From positions 160,001-224,000 of the forward strand of contig JBILLK010000008.1 in assembly GCA_044376115.1 (NCBI GenBank): a stretch of DNA of 64,000 nt, written 5' to 3'. Under the pieces are notes generated by a model that did not search any database, was not told the origin of the DNA, and was given only the letters and a program-made list of their open reading frames with translations. A program made the position numbers and the translations under genes. Below are positions 1-8,519 of the stretch, in pieces. Every line of letters starts with the position of its first letter. Position 1 is the stretch's first letter. The stretch comes from Polyangiaceae bacterium (lineage in GTDB: Bacteria > Myxococcota_A > Polyangia > Polyangiales > Polyangiaceae).

Positions 1-1266
1 GCCTGCGGGAATGAGCCCGACCCCCTCCTCGGTAAACGCGAGATCGTTTGCTAGGAGCGGCATCCGTCGCGACGCATCATCGGCGAATAACTGGGTATCG
101 TAGAAGGACACCATCTCGCCATCGAGCATGATCGGGCTCGAATCGAGCTCCAACGTGGTAGCCAAGTCCACCACGCTGAGCGCTGGGTGCGTCATCTGCT
201 TGGGGTTAGTCGGGCCTTTGGGAGAGGCGCAGATGCTCGTTACATAAGCCCGGTTCTGATGAACCGTGACCGACTGCAATTGATTGGGGAAACAGCCTGT
301 TCCGGCGGCTCCGGCAAATCCTACGTCCAGCTTGGAGCGCAGCAAGATCGGCTCGGGCGCAAGCGTCGCGACCTCGACGCGATAAAGAACAGCAGCCCAG
401 TTGCTGTCGACGTTGGAGCCATCACTCGCCTCGGGCGCCGTCCGTTGTGCGAAGAACTCGGTCACCAGCAGCGTCTCATCGCTGTCGTCGCCATCTCCGT
501 CGTTGGTCATCGCCAGCGACCGCGGATGCGCCAGCGCCGGTCGAGCATTGGCCTCCCCCACGGTAGGACCCAATAGCCCCGTGCCAGCCAGTGGCCCATT
601 GAGATCGATGGTCGAAGCGACCTGCAGCGTCTCTGTATCGACCACCGACACGGTGCCGTCGACCCAGTTGGCCACGAAGAGCTGCGTATTGTTGGGCGAT
701 AGCACGAGCCCGGTTGGCTCGGAGCCCACGGCAACTTCGCCCACCACCATAGGCACCGAGTCGAGCCCGTCGATCGCAATCACCTTTTGCTCACTGCGGG
801 CGATGACATAGGCGCGACTGCCGCAGCCATCGATCACGACCTGCCATGGCTCGCCGCCGACCGAAAGCTCGGCCCGCGGCGTGAGTTCTGGCTGAAGCCC
901 TTGATAATCAGCGGCGAACACCGTGATGGTGCCCACGTCGCGATTGGCCACGACCACCGTCAGGTCATCGGCACTCACGGCGACAGCGCCTCCTTTGAGC
1001 GGCCCGGAGGAGGTCGTACCGCATAGCGGTGCTCCGCCACCCATACCTCCTTCTCCGCCGCCGCCAACCTCGCTGCCACCGCCGCCACCCTGCCCAGCCT
1101 CCCCACCGACGGCGCCTTGCCCGCCGCTCCCGGCTTCGCCACCTCCGCCAACGCTGCTTCCGCCAGCACCGGCTTGCCCGCCACCAGGGCCCTGCGAATC
1201 CCCGCAGGCCATCAATACCGTCGTAAGCGCTACAGCCACGACCAAACGCTCGTGCATCGTACCCAT
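1..1266 (-). CDS. YVTN/YncE-type beta-propeller lipoprotein (3' end runs off the window; absent from the ORF track)
   Basis: Manual translation MGTMHERLVVAVALTTVLMAC (lipobox), then a Gly-rich linker and propeller repeats (VGGEPWQVVID, VGSEPTGLVLSPNNTQLFVANWVDGTVSVVDT). GGAGG SD lies upstream of the ATG. Confidence 0.8.
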   Translation of the reverse strand, partial: MGTMHERLVVAVALTTVLMACGDSQGPGGGQAGAGGSSVGGGGEAGSGGQGAVGGEAGQGGGGGSEVGGGGEGGMGGGAPLCGTTSSGPLKGGAVAVSADDLTVVVANRDVGTITVFAADYQGLQPELTPRAELSVGGEPWQVVIDGCGSRAYVIARSEQKVIAIDGLDSVPMVVGEVAVGSEPTGLVLSPNNTQLFVANWVDGTVSVVDTETLQVASTIDLNGPLAGTGLLGPTVGEANARPALAHPRSLAMTNDGDGDDSDETLLVTEFFAQRTAPEASDGSNVDSNWAAVLYRVEVATLAPEPILLRSKLDVGFAGAAGTGCFPNQLQSVTVHQNRAYVTSICASPKGPTNPKQMTHPALSVVDLATTLELDSSPIMLDGEMVSFYDTQLFADDASRRMPLLANDLAFTEEGVGLIPAG

Positions 1267-1305
1267 GCAGTACCTCCCGTGGAGAGCTCCACTTGGCGGC
1301 CGCAA

Positions 1306-1321
1306 AGCATGAAGGAGGCCA
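1306..1321 (-). promoter_or_regulatory. Putative sigma54 -24/-12 promoter for the YVTN lipoprotein
   Basis: Minus strand reads TGGCCTCCTTCATGCT (GG-N10-GC), about 40 nt upstream of the ATG at 1266. Confidence 0.55.
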
Positions 1322-1391
1322 TTCACTCGCAGGACTTAAACGCTAATTTCAACCAACACGCCGGGCTCGGGGCGAGCTTCATGCTCTCGAA

Positions 1392-1541
1392 TTGCGCGCA
1401 AACTGCGCGCGACCTGCGCTAGCTGAGCGCGAAGTTGCGCGTTGCTCTGCAGCGGCAGCCAGCTGCGACGCTCGTCCACGGTTGCGCAACTTGCGCGCAA
1501 GGCCAAACCTCAGTTTGCGCAATTAGCGACACGCGTGCGCA
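1392..1541. promoter_or_regulatory. Array of TGCGC/TTGCGCAA boxes, putative bEBP enhancer
   Basis: TGCGC at 1393, 1404, 1415, (AGCGC 1426) and 1436. Palindromes TTGCGCGCAA 1392-1401 and 1491-1500, GTTGCGCAAC 1481-1490, TTGCGCAA 1515-1522, TGCGCA 1536-1541. Confidence 0.55.
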
Positions 1542-1592
1542 TTGGCCAGCAGACAATGCGGTAATTCTACGATGCATTCGCGGAGAAGGCCT

Positions 1593-1607
1593 TGGCACCG
1601 AGCTTGC
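1593..1607 (+). promoter_or_regulatory. sigma54 -24/-12 promoter
   Basis: TGGCAC-CGAGC-TTGC is a consensus match, 45 nt upstream of the ATG at 1652. Confidence 0.8.
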
Positions 1608-1651
1608 GAAGGGACTCATCGCTGCCCGAGCAGCACGAAGAGGAACATCCC

Positions 1652-2005
1652 ATGAACATCCGCATCATCGCCGCTATCATCGTTACCGCTCTCACTGCTG
1701 GTTGCTCCGCCTCACAAGCAACGTTGACCAAGACAGCGGAGTGGAAAGCTCGTGAAGGTCGCGAAGTGCAAGTTCTGCTCGACGCGAAGCCGGCCACGCC
1801 TTTTCGCGTAGTCGCCGAGCTCTCGGCCGATACCCTCGAGAGCCCGCGCAGCATCGCACTCATGCGTGAGGAGGCTGCGCGCCAAGGGCTCGACGGTATC
1901 TACTGGATTGAGTGCGCAGACCGGCGCGGGGTTTGTCGCGCCAAGGGCTTCGTCTACTCGGCGTTCGACACGGCCTCGGCGAGCGAATCAAACTCTCTCC
2001 GCTGA
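1652..2005 (+). CDS. Small lipoprotein of unknown function
   Basis: MNIRIIAAIIVTALTAGC lipobox; AGAGGA SD; follows a sigma54 promoter. Confidence 0.75.
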   Translation: MNIRIIAAIIVTALTAGCSASQATLTKTAEWKAREGREVQVLLDAKPATPFRVVAELSADTLESPRSIALMREEAARQGLDGIYWIECADRRGVCRAKGFVYSAFDTASASESNSLR

Positions 2006-3615
2006 GCCGGCGCTACTTTGAAAACGGGGAGTTTGACGGTGAACGTCGAGCCCTCGCCTTCCGCAGAGACGACTGAGATGTCGCCGCCGTGCGCAGTGAC
2101 CGCTCGCTTGACGACCGCCAATCCGAGACCCGTTCCTGGAATGGTCCCGACGTTGGTACCGCGATGAAAGCTCTCGAATAGTCGCGCCTGGTCTACCTGC
2201 CCAATACCGATCCCGCGGTCCCGAACGACGAGCACCAAGTCGCTGCCGGCCGCCCGCGCGCTGACGTCCACCGGCCCACCCGCTGGCGAGTATTTTACTG
2301 CATTGGAAAGCAGATTGGTCACGATATGCACTGCCAACTTCTCATCGATAGCCGCTTCAGGAAAGCTCTCCGGCATGGTGAGCCTGAACTCGTGGCGCAT
2401 CGAGGTGGACGAGATGGCATCAACCGCCTCGCGCAGGAACCGGCCAATGTCGAGCGGGCCAGGCGAGCACTCGAGTCTTCCGGCGTCGCTGCGCCCAATC
2501 ACCAATACGGCATCGAGCAACTCTCGCATCGTGCCAACGGCGGTCTTTACCCGCCCATAGTGGTCACTGCGCTTGGCCGGTGGCCAACGCTCACCGTACG
2601 CCTCGAGCAGCTCGGTCGACGAGAGAATCACCGAAAGCGGGGTGCGAAACTCATGCGAGGTCATCGTAACGAATCGCCCTTTGAGTTCCGAAAGCTCGGT
2701 TTCACGATCTCGTTCTCGCAAGAGAGCGTCATTGGCAGCGGCAAGCTTCTTGGCCGTCTCACGCTCGGTACGAGCCGTCCTTCTGAGGCGCAGAATGATG
2801 TCTGCCGCGAGCAAGCTGGCGATCCCCGCGAGGGTGAGGGCCATGAACAGCCGGCGACGATTGGCCGCATCGCGAGCCGCCGAAACGCCCTGCTCGTACG
2901 CGACATCGAGTCGCTCCGCCGTTGCCATCGTGGGCGCGGTGAGGACCGCTTGCGTGAGCTGCGCAGCGGACTCGGCGTGGCGCTCGAGCGCATCGGCGTG
3001 AAGCAAAACCAACGCGCGGTCCGACTCCAGGTCGCTCGCGACCGACGCTCCAGCGAGCAGGGCGCGGGCCTGATGAGCGCGCTTTTTCTCGGCCTCGCCG
3101 GGGACCTGAACATAGGCGTTGACCGCCAACAGGAGTTCATTGACGAGCGAGGCTTCCTTCGGCGCGCCGGCGTCCGTGAGCCGATCGCGCAGAGCCTGCG
3201 CCGCCACCGGAAAGAAGCGTGCAGAGTTACGAAAGATAGCGTTCTGACTCTTGAAGTCTTCAATCGTCCGAGTTTTTTCGATAAAGGCCGTTTGCGCCGA
3301 GACGGCCGCTGCCTTCACTTCGTCGGCGCTCTTCGCGTCCAGGAATGGGGGCGGAACCACCAGGCGCGAGTAGGCAACGCGCAGCTCGGCCGTCGTCCGG
3401 CTGAGTGCGTCATAATGCATTACCAGAGACTGCCTGGTTTGCATCACCTGCTCGTTCAAGCGAGCGTCGCGCGTGAGCGCCGAGCGAACGTCACGCCCAT
3501 AGCTGTCGTGGGCGCGCCCATCGATCCCGGCACGCGCATCGTAGGCCACTTGAGCAATGAAAAGCCCCGTCGCCAATACCCAACTAGCCCGCCAAAGCAC
3601 GAAGGCTCGATTCAT
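1954..3615 (-). CDS. Sensor histidine kinase with DAHL-type periplasmic domain
   Basis: Two TM segments. FKSQNAIFRNSARFFP resembles DAHL. H-box SHEFRTPL, N-box NLLSNAVKYS, G-boxes DRGIG and GTGLGL. ATGA overlap with the upstream gene. Confidence 0.9.
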   Translation of the reverse strand: MNRAFVLWRASWVLATGLFIAQVAYDARAGIDGRAHDSYGRDVRSALTRDARLNEQVMQTRQSLVMHYDALSRTTAELRVAYSRLVVPPPFLDAKSADEVKAAAVSAQTAFIEKTRTIEDFKSQNAIFRNSARFFPVAAQALRDRLTDAGAPKEASLVNELLLAVNAYVQVPGEAEKKRAHQARALLAGASVASDLESDRALVLLHADALERHAESAAQLTQAVLTAPTMATAERLDVAYEQGVSAARDAANRRRLFMALTLAGIASLLAADIILRLRRTARTERETAKKLAAANDALLRERDRETELSELKGRFVTMTSHEFRTPLSVILSSTELLEAYGERWPPAKRSDHYGRVKTAVGTMRELLDAVLVIGRSDAGRLECSPGPLDIGRFLREAVDAISSTSMRHEFRLTMPESFPEAAIDEKLAVHIVTNLLSNAVKYSPAGGPVDVSARAAGSDLVLVVRDRGIGIGQVDQARLFESFHRGTNVGTIPGTGLGLAVVKRAVTAHGGDISVVSAEGEGSTFTVKLPVFKVAPAQRREFDSLAEAVSNAE

Positions 3616-4595
3616 TGCACCTGCTCCAGATCGCTGGTCAACGTACCGAGAAAAGCGACAATCAAGCGAGTTTGCTCGGCGGCTAGCGGCCTTCCTAATT
3701 GGTATTCGGCCATGATGCGAACGGCCTCGTCCAAGGTCTGCACAGAGCCATTGTGAAAGTAGGGCGCAGTGAGCGCCACATTGCGAAGACTCGGAACACG
3801 GAAGACATGCTTGTCCGCTTCAAGCTTGGTCACCGTGTACAGCCCGAGATCCGCCTCTTCGATCGTACGGCCAGCGAAGTAGTCCTTCAGCACGCCAAAT
3901 CGCTGGAGCAGATTCCCCCCAACGTTAACCCCTTGATGACAACTGGAACAGCCGTGACTCTTGAACAACTCAAATCCGCGTCGTTCATCGTCGTCAATCG
4001 CATCGGTCTCTCCGCGAAGAAAGCGGTCGAAGCGCGCGCCGGGAGTGTTGAGGCTCCGTTCGTAGGTAGCGAGGGCCTCGCGAAAGTTGGCCTCGCTAAC
4101 ACCGCCGTAAATGGCATTGAAGGTCGGTGCATATTCGGGCGACGCCTTGAGACGCTCGACGATCTCGGGGAAGGTCATGTTCATCACGTTGGGGTTCATG
4201 ATGGGAACGTCGAGCTGCGCCTCGAGCGAATCGAACCGGCCGCTCCAATGGAGTTTGAAGCTGAAGCCGACATTGAAGATCGTCGGCGTGTTGACCCCGA
4301 GCTTCGCTCGGCCCGGAAGCTGCGAACGCGTCGCCCCGTCCATTCCTCCAGCCGCAAACGGATGACAGTTGAGGCAGGTCGTGTCGCGCTCCCGCGACAG
4401 AATTGGATCGCGGAAGAGCCGACGACCGAGATCGACCTTGCGGGGATCGAGCGGTACCGTCTCGGGGATCGGCAGGATGACCTCATCCGACAAGAGCGGC
4501 TCGCGCTCCGCGGGGTTGGCGTCGAGCTGTTCGACTCGCTCGTCGCCGCAGCCCCAGAGGCCGGCGACGAGCGCAAGGGGCAACCAGGGCTTCAT
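3612..4595 (-). CDS. Di-heme cytochrome c peroxidase/MauG family lipoprotein
   Basis: Lipobox LWGC; CLNCH and CSSCH heme motifs; NTPTIFN; FRVPSLRNVALTAPYFHNG. Confidence 0.92.
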   Translation of the reverse strand: MKPWLPLALVAGLWGCGDERVEQLDANPAEREPLLSDEVILPIPETVPLDPRKVDLGRRLFRDPILSRERDTTCLNCHPFAAGGMDGATRSQLPGRAKLGVNTPTIFNVGFSFKLHWSGRFDSLEAQLDVPIMNPNVMNMTFPEIVERLKASPEYAPTFNAIYGGVSEANFREALATYERSLNTPGARFDRFLRGETDAIDDDERRGFELFKSHGCSSCHQGVNVGGNLLQRFGVLKDYFAGRTIEEADLGLYTVTKLEADKHVFRVPSLRNVALTAPYFHNGSVQTLDEAVRIMAEYQLGRPLAAEQTRLIVAFLGTLTSDLEQVQ

Positions 4596-4598
4596 GGC

Positions 4599-6005
4599 TT
4601 AGCGCTTTCGAGGGCGCGGAAGCTCGTACTCCGCAAGTCGATTGACCAACGTGCGACGACTCATGCCCAAGAGTTCGGCAGCGGCCGTCTGATTGCCGTG
4701 GCATTTCTCGAGCGCCTCGAGGATCTGTTGCCGTTCGAGCAGCGCCAACTGGCCTTTCAAGGATTGCGCCTGACTCGGCGGGCTCGACTCCTCATTAGCG
4801 CTGGGCGGCGGGACCGATGCGGGAGCGACTTCCGCAACCGCCTTCTGAATGAAGTCCGGCAGCGCCGCTGGTCGAATGACGTCTTCGGAGAGGACAATAG
4901 CTCGACCAATGACGTTCTTGAGCTCGCGGACATTGCCTGGCCACCGATAGGCGAGCAAGAGCTCGCTAGCCTCCTCGGTGAGCCGGGGTGGGTTGCGGCC
5001 GAGCTGACTGGCCGCGGACTCTGCGAAGCGGAGCGCGAGGGGGATGATTTCGCGGCGGCGTTCGCGAAGCGGTGGAATGGTGATGCTGAGTCCGTTGAGC
5101 CGGTAGAAGAGGTCTTGGCGGAAGGTGCCGCGTTGGACCTCGGCCTCGAGGTCGCGATTGGTTGCGGAGACGAAGCGAACGTCGATGGGAACTGGCGTGC
5201 GACCACCAACCCGCAAGATTCGGCGCTCTTCGAGGACGCGCAACAACTTGACCTGAATGGCGAGGGGAAGATCGCCAACCTCGTCCAGGAAGACAGTGCC
5301 GCCGTTGGCGGACTCGAGCAGGCCTGGCCGAGCTTGACTTGCGCCGGTGTAAGCCCCGCGCTCGTTGCCGAACAGCTCGCCTTCCAACAAGGACTCGCTG
5401 ATCGCGGCGCAATTGAGCGCCAAGCACGGCCCTTCACGGCGCTGGGACAGCTTGTGAATGCTCTGCGCGAGGATCTCTTTGCCAACGCCCGTCTCGCCCA
5501 ACAGCAGCACCGAGATGAGCGCCTGAGCGGCCTTGGCCGCCAGCTGATAGACCCCTTGCATCGCAGGGTCCTCGACCACGATGGTTTGCGGCAGAACCTT
5601 CGCGCTGGGCTGCTCAGGAGGCCGAGACGCGTCTTGCCTAGCCAGACGCGCACGAACCGCCTCGAGCAGCTCTGCGCGAGTGAAGGGCTTCGTCACGTAG
5701 TCGTCCGCCCCCAAGTTCATCCCCGCTCGCACGTCCGCACGGTCGGCCTTCGCCGAAAGGAAGATGAACGGCAGGTTCTTGGTGATCGGGTTCTGACGCA
5801 GCGCCTGGAGCACGCCGAACCCATCGAGTTCTGGCATGCGCACGTCGCAGAGCACGATCGAGGGCGGGTCATTCAGCGCGAGATCGAGCCCAAGCTGGCC
5901 ATTCTCCGCTCCGATTGCCTCAAACCCCTCTTCAGAGAGCAGCTCGATGAGGTTTTCGCGAATCAGCGCGTCGTCCTCGATGATCAGTGCTCGTTTCACA
6001 GACAT
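4599..6005 (-). CDS. NtrC/AtoC-family sigma54-dependent response regulator (REC-AAA+-HTH)
   Basis: EDD, CDVRMP and TKPF receiver motifs; GETGVGKE, GAYTGA, FLDEVGD, WPGNVREL; C-terminal Fis HTH. Start reset to ATG 6005 after a GGAGG SD. Confidence 0.95.
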   Translation of the reverse strand: MSVKRALIIEDDALIRENLIELLSEEGFEAIGAENGQLGLDLALNDPPSIVLCDVRMPELDGFGVLQALRQNPITKNLPFIFLSAKADRADVRAGMNLGADDYVTKPFTRAELLEAVRARLARQDASRPPEQPSAKVLPQTIVVEDPAMQGVYQLAAKAAQALISVLLLGETGVGKEILAQSIHKLSQRREGPCLALNCAAISESLLEGELFGNERGAYTGASQARPGLLESANGGTVFLDEVGDLPLAIQVKLLRVLEERRILRVGGRTPVPIDVRFVSATNRDLEAEVQRGTFRQDLFYRLNGLSITIPPLRERRREIIPLALRFAESAASQLGRNPPRLTEEASELLLAYRWPGNVRELKNVIGRAIVLSEDVIRPAALPDFIQKAVAEVAPASVPPPSANEESSPPSQAQSLKGQLALLERQQILEALEKCHGNQTAAAELLGMSRRTLVNRLAEYELPRPRKR

Positions 6006-6039
6006 CCTCCCCGGCCAGTAACAGACCGCCACTCCCCAG

Positions 6040-6055
6040 AGCACACATCGTGCCG
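6040..6055 (-). promoter_or_regulatory. Putative sigma54 -24/-12 promoter of the bEBP-CCP-HK operon
   Basis: Minus strand reads CGGCACGATGTGTGCT (GG-N10-GC), 35 nt upstream of the ATG at 6005. Confidence 0.7.
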
Positions 6056-6091
6056 AACCCAAGCCCCCACGGACAACCTCAACCAATCCCC

Positions 6092-6361
6092 ATGATCAAC
6101 GACGAATTAGCAGGAACAGACTGGCAGGTCCGTAGTCAAGACTTCGACCCGCCGGAAGTGCCCGAGCTGCCCCCCTCGGCCTTCTCGGTGATCTCGAAAG
6201 GAGCGCTACAACGTGAAATTGCGCGGGCTACTGCAGCGGTTGAGCGCAAGTTCTTGGCTGCGCTCATGCTCCATTGCGCGGGTAATGTCTCCGCAGCAGC
6301 CAAGGCCTCGGGCATTCACCGCAGCCACTTGCAGCGAATGCTTTCCCGTTGCCGAGCTTAG
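6092..6361 (+). CDS. Stand-alone Fis-type HTH (HTH_8-like) protein, 89 aa
   Basis: VERKFLAALMLHCAGNVSAAAKASGIHRSHLQRML matches the bEBP/Fis DNA-binding tail; no AAA+ domain. Confidence 0.7.
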   Translation: MINDELAGTDWQVRSQDFDPPEVPELPPSAFSVISKGALQREIARATAAVERKFLAALMLHCAGNVSAAAKASGIHRSHLQRMLSRCRA

Positions 6362-6368
6362 CCTAGAA

Positions 6369-6477
6369 GTTGCTCTGCACTCCGCCCCACTGCCTCTCGC
6401 GAGAGACATTGCGCATCCGTTGCGCAATTCGCGATCGGGTCGACCCAAGCGGGCGCCGAGTTGCGCAACTCGACGCC
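6369..6477. promoter_or_regulatory. Second TTGCGCA(A) box and palindrome cluster
   Basis: GTTGCTCTGCA 6369-6379 is identical to 1441-1451. TTGCGCAT 6409, TTGCGCAA 6420, perfect palindrome CGAGTTGCGCAACTCG 6457-6472. Confidence 0.5.
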
Positions 6478-6488
6478 TCGAGGTCCAG

Positions 6489-8519
6489 TCAAGGACAGGG
6501 TGCGGTCCAGTCCTCGCTGAGCGTTGGAACCGAGGCGGTTCCGGTCTTGAAGAAGGAGTCGAGGAAGCAGCTGTATTGCCGCTTCACGTCGTCCCGATGG
6601 GAGTAGATCGCGTGGGGGTCATAGGTGCCGTCGCCCTCGAATTGAGCCACCACGCCGGTGTACGAAGCACCAGTCTCTGAAACGAGATTGTTGGTCACCG
6701 GGAAGTCAATCACCCCGTCGAGGCCCTGCAGTGCGAGCGCCTCTTGCATCTCCGGCCACACCACGTCGCCCGCTTGCTTATGACCGTAGGCCAGCGCCGC
6801 GGCGTCGTAGATAACGGTCGGGAAGTAGGAATCCAACTCACCAACGGGCTCATAGATCGGCCGTACCGGGTGACCTTCGAGCGGGCGCCGTGCAACGCGT
6901 GGCATGTAGACCATCGGGTCAGCGGCCTCGAGACCAGCTGCAGAAATCGAGAACACCGGGTGGAAGAGGGAGAGCGGTCCCGAGCCGAGAACGACCTGCA
7001 ACAAGTTCGGGTAGGCGCCGTTCTCCAGCGTTGTTTCCATAATGAAGAAGGTCCAGTGGCCGCCGGCTCCGGTTGGAACCGCCGCTCGCAGCGTGGGCTC
7101 GGTTGCGCCAATGATATTGGTGTACATGCCGCCCATCGACTGGCCCATGATCACGAGCTTGTCGGGATTGAAGTGAAAGGCGGTCTCCCCGGCGGGGAGC
7201 TCTGCGCCAACACAACCTGCGAGCGCTTCAGGCGCGATCTCGAGCTTGGCCATCGCCTCGAGGAAGAGCCGTGCTTCCAGCGTCCCCTGCCGGAAGGTAT
7301 CGCGCATGGCCCCAAAGTTATTGACGTTCAAATATTCGGTTTCGCCTGCGCCGGGCAATCGCTCCGGATTGACCGGCATAGCAATCCCGGCGGTCGCAAT
7401 GCCTTTTACCGCATGGGGGAAGGCGGGCCCGATCGGCTCCCCGGGCATACCGTCATCACCGACTGGGCGCACCATCGCGATGCTGAAGCCGCCCGAGCCG
7501 TGCACGTTAAGGATCAGCGGGAAGCCGCCCGCCGGCATCGTCTGCTTGGGGATGACGATCGCCACCGGGACGTCCTCCGTTCGCTGCGAGACGAGCTTGC
7601 CGTCCGCGAACTCAAAGCGCCCCTCGGTGTCGAAGGGCGGCTCACCTCGTTGGAACTGCGGCAAAGCAACGGTGGCTCGCAAGACGCACAGCTCGGGGAA
7701 GTCCTGCTCGGCGTCGAGCGTGACGCCTGAGATCGGCACGTCGAAGTCGGCCACCACTTGATCACCGATTGCGCTCATCTCAGCGACGATGTCCCCAGTG
7801 GTGAAGACGGTCGCTGCGACCACGCTCTGGACGTCCACGCCGACCGCCTCGAGCGCCGGCCAGAGTGGAGCCGCCAATGCGTCGAACTGCTCCTCTTTGG
7901 GCGACTCGGCCTTGTGCAAAACCATGCGCTCGATCACGTCATTGGAAGCGAGCGGCAGGCCGTCTGCGCGGTTGGCCTCTTTCATGACGGCCACGCCGTA
8001 CTTCGTATTGGGCCGCAGAATGAAGCCCGGCCTTGGTGCGACCGCCAACACGTTGGAGGGCGTATAGATGTCCTCATCGAGCGTCTTGGCGATTACCGGA
8101 ATCAGCTTGCCGAAGTCCGGGGAGTCCTCCTGCAGGTCCACTAGGTGAATCGCCGCCGTCGCGTCCGCCGGTAGCACCACCGCTGGGTCTTTCGCCTCGA
8201 GCGCGCCGTCGAAGCGGAAGTAGGCGACCGGGATGACCGGAAAGCCCTTCGCCTCGGCGGCGTTGGCCGCCAAGCCGCGGACCATCTCGAGCGAACTCGG
8301 ATTCGGGAAGCCGCGCAAATCGGGCGTGCCCTCACCGGTCAAGCGCAGATCGAAGGGATAAGGGGCATCAAAGAACTTCGCCGGGTCGGTCGGATCCGCC
8401 TCGAGATCGATGATGAATTTGACGCCCGGCTCGGGCTCGGGCTTCGTCTCGGTGTCGTCCCCGCAGGCGAAAAGCCCGAGCGAAAGCGTCATTACGACGA
8501 GGAAGCCCGAGGCTCTCAT
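6489..8519 (-). CDS. Lipoprotein with Ig-like N-terminal region and alpha/beta-hydrolase domain
   Basis: Lipobox LFAC; HGSGG; GQSMGG nucleophile elbow; ATGA overlap with the upstream gene. Confidence 0.8.
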   Translation of the reverse strand: MRASGFLVVMTLSLGLFACGDDTETKPEPEPGVKFIIDLEADPTDPAKFFDAPYPFDLRLTGEGTPDLRGFPNPSSLEMVRGLAANAAEAKGFPVIPVAYFRFDGALEAKDPAVVLPADATAAIHLVDLQEDSPDFGKLIPVIAKTLDEDIYTPSNVLAVAPRPGFILRPNTKYGVAVMKEANRADGLPLASNDVIERMVLHKAESPKEEQFDALAAPLWPALEAVGVDVQSVVAATVFTTGDIVAEMSAIGDQVVADFDVPISGVTLDAEQDFPELCVLRATVALPQFQRGEPPFDTEGRFEFADGKLVSQRTEDVPVAIVIPKQTMPAGGFPLILNVHGSGGFSIAMVRPVGDDGMPGEPIGPAFPHAVKGIATAGIAMPVNPERLPGAGETEYLNVNNFGAMRDTFRQGTLEARLFLEAMAKLEIAPEALAGCVGAELPAGETAFHFNPDKLVIMGQSMGGMYTNIIGATEPTLRAAVPTGAGGHWTFFIMETTLENGAYPNLLQVVLGSGPLSLFHPVFSISAAGLEAADPMVYMPRVARRPLEGHPVRPIYEPVGELDSYFPTVIYDAAALAYGHKQAGDVVWPEMQEALALQGLDGVIDFPVTNNLVSETGASYTGVVAQFEGDGTYDPHAIYSHRDDVKRQYSCFLDSFFKTGTASVPTLSEDWTAPCP

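Noticed and set aside
3699..6095. 798-aa plus-strand ORF (also 2326-3756, 12341-13714 and 44240-45223)
   Set aside because: Antisense shadows of well-supported genes in high-GC DNA; no recognisable motifs.
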